A stretch of DNA of 64,000 nucleotides from a virus (taxonomy: Duplodnaviria; Caudoviricetes): the IMG/VR virus record IMGVR_UViG_3300035184_000978, positions 1,269 to 65,268 of that record; one strand, given 5' to 3'. Below are positions 31,748 to 41,908 of this stretch, piece by piece. The translations under genes were made by a program, and so were the position numbers. Below the pieces are notes generated by a model, which saw nothing but the letters and a program-made list of their open reading frames with translations, had not been told where the DNA came from and made no database searches. Positions within the stretch are counted from its first letter, which is position 1. Each line of letters starts with the position of its first letter.

Positions 31748-32671
31748 TTATAACCCGTTTAATTTTTTTGCGTAGAAAGAACGGACTCTGCTAGAAATTG
31801 CTTTTGAAACTTGTTTCATTGTTAAACCATTCTTTTCGAGTACATCAGATTCTTCAGTATAGATATCAGTCATAATCCACTTGATATATTGACCAAATAA
31901 CGTTTGGTCAATGCCAACTTCTTGAATACCCTGTTCTAACCTGTTATCAGAAGCTGCGTAATTTACAAATTCTTCGATATTTGCTATAAGTTCGGGATTA
32001 ACAGTTGCAAGTTTTCTGACTTTAGACGTAGAATGTTTTTGACCTTTCACTTTAAATAATAATTTGTTAAATTCTGGGTTAGCACATTTCCAAACAACTC
32101 CTTCTCCAGTACCTGACACTCCAAGCTGTCTACCAACTGGGCATTCATTTTCAACTTCTTTAGTAATCTCAGCAAGTTCTTGCGTTGATTTTTCAGGGAA
32201 CTCAGTGTTAATTACTATTGAATATACTGGGAAATCACTAATCAAACAGACATTTGGAACATCAACCTTAGGTATCAAATTCAGTGGAATATCTTCGCCT
32301 TGGACTGTCACTTTAAAAATAACAAACATCTTATGTAGTTCAGCGATGGCAACACCTTTCTGGATTCCGTTACCACACCATTCACCATGAACAATCACAT
32401 CATCTATGTAAATAGATGATAGGAATTTAATCCAATCTCTTTCATTCTGAGATTGTTCATAAGCAAAGTTGTAGTTGTCGTTCTCAGAAGTGATTACTTG
32501 ACTTCGACTTTGATACCAGATTTTTCCATCTTTATAGCCCACTCCACCGTTAGTGCCGTGTAGTTTCACAGTACCCTGAAATACGAGTTCTTTGATATCA
32601 CGATTCTCTCGCAAATACATCATGTCTTTTACGACATTTCGAAACTGAACTATTTTACTAAATGCTATCAT
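31748..32671 (-). CDS. RNA ligase, Rnl2-like family
   Basis: Motif I KLHGTN, GEWCG..IQ, GEGVVW, FKVKG..H. Confidence 0.8.
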   Translation of the reverse strand: MIAFSKIVQFRNVVKDMMYLRENRDIKELVFQGTVKLHGTNGGVGYKDGKIWYQSRSQVITSENDNYNFAYEQSQNERDWIKFLSSIYIDDVIVHGEWCGNGIQKGVAIAELHKMFVIFKVTVQGEDIPLNLIPKVDVPNVCLISDFPVYSIVINTEFPEKSTQELAEITKEVENECPVGRQLGVSGTGEGVVWKCANPEFNKLLFKVKGQKHSTSKVRKLATVNPELIANIEEFVNYAASDNRLEQGIQEVGIDQTLFGQYIKWIMTDIYTEESDVLEKNGLTMKQVSKAISSRVRSFYAKKLNGL

Positions 32672-33269
32672 AATTTATTACCTTTATCAATTTATGAGAC
32701 TATTATAAAACAATTAAAGCGAAATATAAACACTTATTTTTCATTTAATTCCCCTCGTTCCACTAAATATAATATTCATCGCGTATGTAAATATCCACAG
32801 GAATGTTCTACCTGCAACAGCTAATGCTAATCCACAAACGAAAAACAATCCGAAGACAAGGGCGTATTGCCAAAATACGCCCAGAAAGAATATTGTGACC
32901 ATGTCTGTTTTATATTCTTTCTGTTCAACTGTAAAATAAACTGTTATAAAACCAACTACCCATATAATTACAGTTCCCCAAGGCCAACTCTGAACTAAGA
33001 ATTCGTCTGACATAATATATTCCATAATACAGCTTACTTCATCACACTTGAGTTATTTGTAGACGAAGATATTTGAACAAGAGAATCTTCATGTATAAAC
33101 CCACTCTTTAGCATAGAGTTTAATCCTTCGTTAGTGTGAATATTCACCTTTTTACCATCGGGTTTAGTAACAATAAATTTTTGATTTGATTTGAGCGTTT
33201 CATTGCGACGGTCGTTGTATTTGTTATTTCTTGGATCTCTTCTATTCATTTCAGTATACCTTTAATTTT

Positions 33270-33722
33270 TTATCTAATTAATTTACGAAGACCATTCTCA
33301 TATAATTCGAATACATATTTAATTTTACTACTATCATAGGTTTCACTTAATATAACTTTATCATCTTCAAAATAAATATATGCAGGTGATTCCCAGTGTT
33401 CATAAAAATCTTGTGGAGTTTCAGTTTCCTCTTGGTTGACTATAGACTCGGTAAAATAATCATCGCTTGAGTTAATACATTCTGCGATTTTGTCACTTTG
33501 TTCTTGAGTTAGAATACCTTTATATATGTAAGTACTACCACCTTTGTTTTTCCAATAATGTGGACAAAATCCTTCACCAGACCAATCATGAGCACCATAG
33601 TTTTCACTGTGTTGTGTCGTTATAACAACGACTGAATTTTTGAGTCGTTGTTCTTCTATTGCGTTTTCTTCTATTTCAATTTGGGCCAATTCAAGTTCTT
33701 GCGTAAAAGTAACTGTATTCAT
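33270..33722 (-). CDS. Hypothetical protein
   Basis: TQ..ENYGAHDW.GEG.CP.YWK.KGG motif; cassette ATG. Confidence 0.6.
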   Translation of the reverse strand: MNTVTFTQELELAQIEIEENAIEEQRLKNSVVVITTQHSENYGAHDWSGEGFCPHYWKNKGGSTYIYKGILTQEQSDKIAECINSSDDYFTESIVNQEETETPQDFYEHWESPAYIYFEDDKVILSETYDSSKIKYVFELYENGLRKLIR

Positions 33723-33793
33723 AATAAATTCCTTCATTCATTCGATAAGACTATCATATCACAATCAAATTGAAATGTAAACAATTATTTTAG

Positions 33794-34705
33794 TTAAAAT
33801 TCGTTGTATAGACCACGATTCACATTAATAACATTCTCAATACCAAGTTCTTCCCACAAACGAAGTACTTGATGTCGATCATCAATAGCTCCAACAATGT
33901 TATAATCATTTGCAATTGACCAAAACAATTCTTCTTTAATGATAAAATCTTTGCGTGAATCATCTTCTTCACGCATTAGAAGTTTTTCAAAGTTACCAAA
34001 GTATGCGCTCAACCAATTAAGAGTATCATCATGACATGTACCATCTCGGCCACTTAAAAAGATAATCTTGTGTCCACTCATCGCTAATCCAGTTACCATG
34101 GATATTACCATTTCACGTGGGCTGTCATACTTAACTTTGTGCCATTCAAAAGGTTTGCGAATACCTTCCATGCTAGCAACTGTACCATCGATATCAACAA
34201 TGACTGCTTTAGGTTTAGACGTATCTGGAGTATAAGTTTTACGATCAAGATATTCTTCCATACGCAGGAATTGTTGTCGAAGTACTTTAGTATTAATGCC
34301 ACCTTCGCGTTGTGTGTTGCGTTTTACTAATTCAATCCATGGTACATTAAATGATATTTCTTCAATTTCATAATCATTTTCTTCTGCAAGTTTACTCCAC
34401 TTATTACGATAATATTCGTTTAGATTCGTATCAGAAACAATGATGTTAACACGATATTTAATTGCGAAGTTGGTTTTTAATCCGATAATCTCGGATACTT
34501 TATTTTCATTTGATTTATTAAACTTATACTTAGTCCAATCTCTTTTTCCATTACAAAACAGTTCAAAACGAATTTCGTCTCTGTTTAGATTCGACCATTT
34601 GGCGCTTGTGTTGTGCGCTGCTTGGTCGATGACAAACTTTTCTGCCCAAGTTGTTTTGCCTGAACCTGCAGCACCAACAGTTAGGATAATTTTTGGCTTG
34701 CTCAT
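33794..34705 (-). CDS. pseT: Polynucleotide 5'-kinase/3'-phosphatase
   Basis: GAAGSGKTT, NRD, DTNL kinase domain; DIDGT, SGR, DDR HAD domain. Confidence 0.92.
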   Translation of the reverse strand: MSKPKIILTVGAAGSGKTTWAEKFVIDQAAHNTSAKWSNLNRDEIRFELFCNGKRDWTKYKFNKSNENKVSEIIGLKTNFAIKYRVNIIVSDTNLNEYYRNKWSKLAEENDYEIEEISFNVPWIELVKRNTQREGGINTKVLRQQFLRMEEYLDRKTYTPDTSKPKAVIVDIDGTVASMEGIRKPFEWHKVKYDSPREMVISMVTGLAMSGHKIIFLSGRDGTCHDDTLNWLSAYFGNFEKLLMREEDDSRKDFIIKEELFWSIANDYNIVGAIDDRHQVLRLWEELGIENVINVNRGLYNEF

Positions 34706-35215
34706 AATCGTTTCCTTTATTAATTTATGAGACTATCATATAACATTCAAAGCTAAATGTCAATCACTAATTAAAATTATTTTTTCTAATTCAAAATTTT
34801 CGTATGCTGCGATGTCGTCTTGATGAATACAATGATCGTCATCAACACTGTAATTTTCAATTGTAACAGAATGCGAGTTGGTTGGTTGCTGACCGTGGTC
34901 TGCTTCAACCCAAACTTCTGCGCTACCATAACCCGCTTCTTCTATTTTCTTTAATTCAACTAGCAATTCGCATAATTTTATAGTGTGTACTTCCAAGTTA
35001 AACCAGCACTAAGACTATACCAACTATATAATATTAAAAACCAAAGAACAACTCCTATAATTTTTTCCCACCATACACCTGCTAATAACCCTTGAGAAAA
35101 TGTTGATACAGTTATAAAGAAAACTGCTACTGTTAGCCACATGTTTATAAGAAACCAAAATATAACTCCTAAAAATACTATCATCTTAATTCTACCTATT
35201 GTTATTGAAATTTAA

Positions 35216-35243
35216 GAGATGATATGCGTTCGCATATCATCTC
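35216..35243. repeat. 13-bp perfect hairpin after DNA ligase region
   Basis: GAGATGATATGCG-TT-CGCATATCATCTC. Confidence 0.7.
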
Positions 35244-35347
35244 AATTGCTTGCTCATTTGTCGTACACTTTCAATATTTATGGCCACATTCTACTAATAA
35301 TTTGTCTGTACATGTAGAAAATTTAGTCGTTGCTTTATTATCTGGCA

Positions 35348-36634
35348 TTATATTTTCTCACCTTTTTCAAATCCACGGAACGTTTTAAAACGTGGGAATC
35401 GTAAACTGTAAAATTCACCATCTTGAGATTTAGTAACAGCATCAGCCCGAACTTCAATTAGTTGGCCAATAACTTCATCTTTCATACTCCAGAATTCTTC
35501 TCTTTGTTTATCAGAATATCCACCACCGACATTAACTTTAATATCTAAACCATCATCAGTACCTTGTACAACAAGTGCACCCAACTTACCAACGTTCCTA
35601 CCAGTACCTTCTTCTACGCCTACAACTTTCAGAGTAACTTCGATAAAAGGTTTCATTTTTAACCAAGCAGCAGATCGTTTACAAACATAAACTTCATCGA
35701 TAGGTTTAATCATTAATCCTTCGTAGCCTTTATCGATTGCTTCTTTATTGAATTGTTTAAAGAATTTTTGACCATCTTCAGTATCTAAGTCAGTTAAGTA
35801 CGCGTCGACCGGTCTAATACAATCACTATATCCGTTAAAAGTTTCTCTCATTGCCGTGTAACGATCAATTGACTTTTTTGAAGATTTACCAGCTTTAAAT
35901 TCATCGAGTGGTAGCACATCAAATACAGCGAGATATGAATCAACGGTGTTAACTTCAGATTTTCTATTGACTTGAGTCATAAGTTTCTGAAAGTCTTCAC
36001 TCATTACTTCACCATCGATTGCCATACCTTCAAGATTATGATTACTCAGTGCACGATTAATATGAGGAAAGTTATTAAATATTTTACCGTTGCGACTATG
36101 TAGTGTAGCTATACCATTCTGAACAATAGCGATCACTCTAACACCATCGTACTTATATTCTAGGAAACATTTACCTTTGATTTTCTTTTCATTCTTAGCA
36201 CCATCCTGAGCTAACATACAAGTAAAAACCGGAACTCTAAACTTATCGTCAGTTGACTTAAGAGCATTTGAGATTGTCTTTTCAGATGTTCCACATTTAA
36301 AATCTTTCAATAAGATTCGCGAGTACCAATAGTTCCATTCGTCAGCTGTTGCTAAATCTGCAATTCTTTGAATTTCGTCACGAGCGGCATGACCAGTCAA
36401 TTGGCGTAGTCTTAATTTATCAGCAAGAACTTTAAATTCTTCGAACGATAAACCGTCGCCATTTGATTTTGCTAGCGGAATATTCTTCACTACACCAAAC
36501 GTAATCATACTGTCTAATGCTAATAAAAGACCTTCTTTGAAGTCTTCAACATTGACGTGATTACGAACTGTTTCTTCTTTAAAAAGCCTGCTATTGTCTG
36601 ACTCTAATAACTTTATAATGTCACTTGGTTTCAT
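35348..36634 (-). CDS. ATP-dependent DNA ligase
   Basis: KYDGVR, SRNGK, DGEV, FDVL, EGLMIK, WLKMK, SLRFPRF. Confidence 0.93.
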   Translation of the reverse strand: MKPSDIIKLLESDNSRLFKEETVRNHVNVEDFKEGLLLALDSMITFGVVKNIPLAKSNGDGLSFEEFKVLADKLRLRQLTGHAARDEIQRIADLATADEWNYWYSRILLKDFKCGTSEKTISNALKSTDDKFRVPVFTCMLAQDGAKNEKKIKGKCFLEYKYDGVRVIAIVQNGIATLHSRNGKIFNNFPHINRALSNHNLEGMAIDGEVMSEDFQKLMTQVNRKSEVNTVDSYLAVFDVLPLDEFKAGKSSKKSIDRYTAMRETFNGYSDCIRPVDAYLTDLDTEDGQKFFKQFNKEAIDKGYEGLMIKPIDEVYVCKRSAAWLKMKPFIEVTLKVVGVEEGTGRNVGKLGALVVQGTDDGLDIKVNVGGGYSDKQREEFWSMKDEVIGQLIEVRADAVTKSQDGEFYSLRFPRFKTFRGFEKGEKI

Positions 36635-36861
36635 TGATTTTACCCATATATTAAATGTTTATATTGTTCTTCTGATATTTCAGTCTTGGTGATTTTTTTA
36701 TGACCACTGAAATTGAGCTCAATTGTATCTTCGACATCATATTCTTGAACCCATATTCCACGACGATTTTGTTTTGATTGAATGATATAAGTATTTCACA
36801 ATTTAATTCCTTTATTAATTCATGTTGCTATTATAACACAATCAAACAAAATAGTCAATGT

Positions 36862-37953
36862 TTATTTTATGCTTAATATGTTATATCGAGAATTTTTAGA
36901 TATTCTCATAAACCATTCTCCAAAAGTGAGATTAGGTTCTTGTAGTCGTCGAAATATCAAACCAGAGAATGACTTATCTTTTATTTTAATAGCCAATGTT
37001 TTACGGTCAGGTAAATTCTGAATGTACCAGCCCCAGTACGCATTAACCTCAGCTTCTATAGCCAAATATGAGTTGATATACTTTGAAAACATTTCGTTAT
37101 CTTCGGGGAATATTGACAAGTACTCGCTGTGCTCATTCATCGCTATTAAATCGATAACGCGACGTGGAGTTAAAGCACCTTCGCCGCGAAGGTGATGAGC
37201 AGCAACATACGCAGGGTTTTTGATTTTCATCTGAGGACAACCGTCTTTATAAAGTACATAACCTTCATTTAATTCGCGAAGTTCTTTAGCTGCAATCAAA
37301 CAGTTTTCATAAGTATCAAACTTGTATTGTTTAGGGTAGTACCAGTATGAATTAAAAGAACGTGGTCCGTATTCGCCAGTTAAGTTATTGCGTTGTGCGA
37401 GTAAATAAGCTTTACGATCTTTGTACCGAGTAACAACCCGATTCTCTGGCGATACAACTTCAAATATATAAGTTGTTTCAGTATCCAGATTATTAACACC
37501 GAACGGGTTTACCGTATCTTCAATAAGATCTTTCCACGAAAGATCAAAACCCATTATGCTCATATCAGATGATGGCATTATCATTGAGCGAGTACGATAT
37601 AACCATTGGCCATTATAATAAAATAAACCAACAAGCGAACCATCAACTTTTTCATAAGCAATCATTTCATTAGGTTTCATGTCGTCGCCAGTACCTGCTT
37701 CGCCATAGTTAAAGAAGCGGTCAAACGAACGTGAAATGATTCTACATTCTGTTTTACGTACACTGTCGATATATTTAATTTCAAGTACCAATGAACGACA
37801 TTCTTTGACTATGGGATTAGTCTTTGGTGATTTGATTTGACAATAATTTAAGCAATAAAGGTCTGGATATTTTTCGTTTTGAGCAACTTTTATACCAAGT
37901 TCGGCTGTAAGGTCTTCAAGTGAGTGTGATTCAAGATATGCTAATATGTTCAT
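36862..37953 (-). CDS. rnlA: RNA ligase 1 (RnlA-like)
   Basis: ECR.L, FDRFFNYGE, EKVDGSL, FEVVSPENRVV, EGYV, KIK...Y...H. Confidence 0.85.
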   Translation of the reverse strand: MNILAYLESHSLEDLTAELGIKVAQNEKYPDLYCLNYCQIKSPKTNPIVKECRSLVLEIKYIDSVRKTECRIISRSFDRFFNYGEAGTGDDMKPNEMIAYEKVDGSLVGLFYYNGQWLYRTRSMIMPSSDMSIMGFDLSWKDLIEDTVNPFGVNNLDTETTYIFEVVSPENRVVTRYKDRKAYLLAQRNNLTGEYGPRSFNSYWYYPKQYKFDTYENCLIAAKELRELNEGYVLYKDGCPQMKIKNPAYVAAHHLRGEGALTPRRVIDLIAMNEHSEYLSIFPEDNEMFSKYINSYLAIEAEVNAYWGWYIQNLPDRKTLAIKIKDKSFSGLIFRRLQEPNLTFGEWFMRISKNSRYNILSIK

Positions 37954-38582
37954 AATTTAATTCCAAGTGTTAATAAAAGTATTATATAATGTTAGTTTGG
38001 TAGTGTCAAGGCTTATTCGTGTAGTTTATCAATACAATTTTTTATATAATCTGCTTTTAACTCCTTTGTTGCATATACCTTAATAAATACTGCACTAACA
38101 GGCATGATAATAGGAAAAAGAATAGTGACTATTAATATGCCTAAAACTTCACCTAGCCGCAACTGTAATAAAGGTTGTTTTATGATATACTTTATATCAC
38201 TTATAGATCTTTTAGTAACAAACCCCAATCTTTCGAAAAAAGATTTATTATATTGTGCAACTGGAGAGTTGCCGTTAATGTTAAAGTCCTTATTCTCTAA
38301 TGCTCGTAGTGTTATTTCTTTCATATATTCTTTAAATGTAATCATATTTATCTCAATATTAATGATTGTTATAATTTATGATACTACAATAACACAATCA
38401 CAATAAAATGTCAACGATTATTTTTTAATTAGATTCGTTCATGTGAAAAACCGTCAGTACAATAAAGAGTCACAGAATTGTATGATTCTAATTTGGACTC
38501 AACACTCAAGCATTTTTCGATCATTTGTTTCTCTACTTTTTGTTGGTCAAATAAGACAACTGCGTCCGATATTGCCATAACA

Positions 38583-38920
38583 CTAAGCACAAAACCAATG
38601 ATAATGAGAGCCATATGTTTTTGAGTACAAACTCCCATCTTCTTTAATATCAATTAAAGCATTGTTATGCAGAATATGATTGTCAAGTAATTCATGTTCA
38701 ATTTCAATTTCGTCAACTATTATGCTAGTTGCGGTATGACCACGTAATTTATCCAGATTTGTAATTGATAATATTCTTATTTCCATATCAATTGACGGAA
38801 TAAAAACCGAAGTTGATGTACTTGAAAACTTAATGTTTTCAGCACGAAACATTTTTTCGTACGTTTTTTTAAACCAGCAACCAGCATTTGATTTTTAACA
38901 ATGTGTATATTTAATGTCAT
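38583..38920 (-). pseudogene. Hypothetical gene out of frame at an A7 run
   Basis: ATG 38920 is coupled to the upstream stop. One added A at 38864-38870 joins it to the 38852 ORF (LRG....IIVDE). Confidence 0.45.
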
Positions 38921-39861
38921 TTTTATATCTCATTTAATAATTCAACTTCATCAACACCAGAGTTTTCAATAATCTCTCTGAGTTGATCGTTTTCATTTTC
39001 TAAAGCCATTGCATCTATTAGTAACGTTGTATACAATTCTAACAATTCATTATGTAGGTTAACACAAACAAATGCTGCTGATTTCTTTGGAACAACTTCT
39101 AATCCGTTAGAAGTTACTGCAAAAAACATATCTTTTGTTTTAGTCATAATTTAACTCTTACTTTACAATACTCAACAACTTCAAGTGAATCTTCAGAATA
39201 GTTATAGCCAAAGTCACCATCAACAAATGATACATTATATTCGTAAGCATTCGTCATGGAAGATGGCGTAATCTTTGATATTATGCCATCTTCCAATTCT
39301 CCAGTTTGTCTATTTGTCGTATTAACAACATCACCATAATTTATTTTCATAATTTATTCTCTTTATCAATTAACTATTATAACACAATCAAAGCGAAATG
39401 TCAACAGCTATTTGGTATATTTAATTATCGTTCGAACAACATCTCTTAAACAAGAAATTGCAAACTGCATTACTATAAGAACAACAACCATTAAATAAAA
39501 TAAACTAATGCCACCTACCCACGCAATCATAAATGTAATTTCGTGTGGAGCGCATAAGAAAATAACTATGCCAATTAAAAGGCCAAACAGTGTACCTACC
39601 AAGATTATGAACAATAGTGTTTTTAGTGTATCGATAAGAGCCATTCGTAGAATATCCGAATTATTAGTCATTTTACATCTCCACATTCGTGTTGCCATGC
39701 AAAATCATCATGGCCGGTAGGGACAATTGTCCAGTTTCTATCGCGCTTGTTGCAACCCTTGCACTTCATTTTAAATAGCGGCGTTGTTCGACTGAAGAGC
39801 CAAGCCACCGACAAAAAAATTATTGAGAATATTAGAATCATTATTAGAAACTCAATGAATG

Positions 39862-40386
39862 TCATAGTGTTCGCTCTTTAATAGTTTCAAAGTTGATAGG
39901 TGTATACTCAGTATGCTCGACACAAACATTAATGTAGTTTTTGTCTAATTCGCCATTTGAATCAGTCATTTGGACTTGATGTGTGTGTCCGTGTATGTTA
40001 GGACAACCTCGAAGCTCATTTGGGTGTATTGGAGGATGAGTTAACCAAAATCCTTTGTGTTTAAACATAGAACCAGTTTTATGAAAGAAATCTCGCTTAA
40101 CCATTTCTTTATACATCAGCTGACGTATACCATTATCAGTATCGTGGTTTCCTGGTATGTAATGCAGAATACCAACACGATTACTGATAGTTTCAATCAT
40201 CTTAAAACGTTCTTGGGTAAAACAAGTATCGCCTAGCATCCAAAGCGTATCGCGTTTTCCAACAGTAGACAATATGTTGTCGTATATTAGATTATCGTGT
40301 TCTTCCGGCGAACTAAAACGAGGACGATATGAGCAAATATTTTTGTGCCCAAAATGAACGTCGCTTATAAAAAATAATCTTGTCAT
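39862..40386 (-). CDS. Calcineurin-like metallophosphoesterase
   Basis: SDVHFGH, LGD, GNHD, THPP, HGHTH. Confidence 0.88.
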   Translation of the reverse strand: MTRLFFISDVHFGHKNICSYRPRFSSPEEHDNLIYDNILSTVGKRDTLWMLGDTCFTQERFKMIETISNRVGILHYIPGNHDTDNGIRQLMYKEMVKRDFFHKTGSMFKHKGFWLTHPPIHPNELRGCPNIHGHTHQVQMTDSNGELDKNYINVCVEHTEYTPINFETIKERTL

Positions 40387-41221
40387 AATAATTCCTTGTG
40401 TTATGCCCTTCGGCTGTACCAAAAATTATTTTTGTTTAAATCACTCATAATTTTATTTCAAAAACTGTAGCTGCAACATAAGAATCTTCAATATTGAAGA
40501 CTGAGAATTTAGTTTTCTTTTCAAACTTAATGTCGCCAGTTTCATTAAGAACATCGTTATCAACGAAGGCGTAAGTGCCCTTTTCTAAATCAAACATACA
40601 TAAAGTGGTGATACCTTTATCAGATATTGTACGTTTAATAGTTGAGATATCAAAAGAGCAAATACCTTGGCATGATAACCAATCAATTTCATCACTGTCA
40701 AGATCAACAATAGACCAACCAATATTGTTATATCTTGTTTTGAACCAAGCAACTGTTGGTTCAAAACCATCTATATTAGCGTACCATGAATTAGAAATAG
40801 TGACATTTTTTGCAACTTCAGCTAGTTTTTGAACTTTCATAATTTAATTCCCTGATTTAAGTTTTTAAAGGTTTATCAATTTATGTAACCATTATAATAC
40901 AATCAAATAGAAATGTCAACGATTGTATATACAACTGTTTTACGAACTTTTTCGGTAGATTGTTTATTAGTCACAACCGAAAGCAAAAATATTATGGCTA
41001 TTTGCTGAATATTGTCGATGGCATTAATGGCATTATACAGTCATTTGTCGTCATATATACTTCTGAAACGCTTCTTAAGTCGTAAATAGAAAAACTTTGT
41101 AAAGTCCCGTCATTAAGTAAAACTATTACCCTAGTTTCGCCCACGAATTGCAATATCTGAACAACTTCAGATGTCTTGCATGTGATAGCTGTTAATTTAA
41201 TATTATTCATTATATAATTCT

Positions 41222-41770
41222 CTATTTGTTTATAACTGCAAACCAAGGTCTAAAGACTTTTTCAAAAGTTTCTGTATCGCTCATACGAAATGCAACATCA
41301 ACAAATCCGGCTTTTTCTACTAACTCTTTAGATTCACGTTTAAACGTAATCCAAAAATTAGGGTCATATTCTTCGATGCTTGAACTATTATGCATCAAAT
41401 CACAAAGTTTAATAGCTTTAACAACATCAGGAGCTGTAGATAATCTAGATATGTCAAGAGCCTTTCTAGTAGCCCTGTCACCAATGTAGTTTTCTGGTTT
41501 TGTTAAGAACCAAACGTATCTAGCTACAGTGTCTCCAAAACATTCACGTATCTCTTCGATTGTAACTTGAGTATCTTCAACAGTGTCGTGCAAAATAGCT
41601 GCTTGAGAAGCAACTATGCTGTTCTCTCCACGAGTTTCAAAATAAGACATAAACATAGTACGAACAGCAAGTGGGTGAGTTACATAATCTTCACCGGTGT
41701 ATTTGCGAACTTGACCACTATGCAAGTTAATTGCAATTTTGATTGTCTCTTCAATTGATTTAATGATTAT
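41222..41770 (-). CDS. HD-domain hydrolase, SpoT/Mesh1-like; start uncertain (no ATG after RBS)
   Basis: H.GQ.RK.TG..Y..HP..V, AAILHDTVEDT, IKL.D..HN. Confidence 0.85.
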   Translation of the reverse strand: MIIKSIEETIKIAINLHSGQVRKYTGEDYVTHPLAVRTMFMSYFETRGENSIVASQAAILHDTVEDTQVTIEEIRECFGDTVARYVWFLTKPENYIGDRATRKALDISRLSTAPDVVKAIKLCDLMHNSSSIEEYDPNFWITFKRESKELVEKAGFVDVAFRMSDTETFEKVFRPWFAVINK

Positions 41771-41854
41771 TTCCTTTCCTTTATTTTATGTGACTATTAT
41801 AACACGATTAAAGCGAAATGTAAACGATTATTTTATTTCCTCTTGTATTTAAGT

Positions 41855-41892
41855 ATAAAGTTAACATCGATATATCTTGATGTTAACTTTAT
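41855..41892. terminator. 14-bp hairpin ending the 1122-aa gene insert
   Basis: ATAAAGTTAACATC...GATGTTAACTTTAT. Confidence 0.6.
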
Positions 41893-41908
41893 TAAGCTAC
41901 ACAGTATG

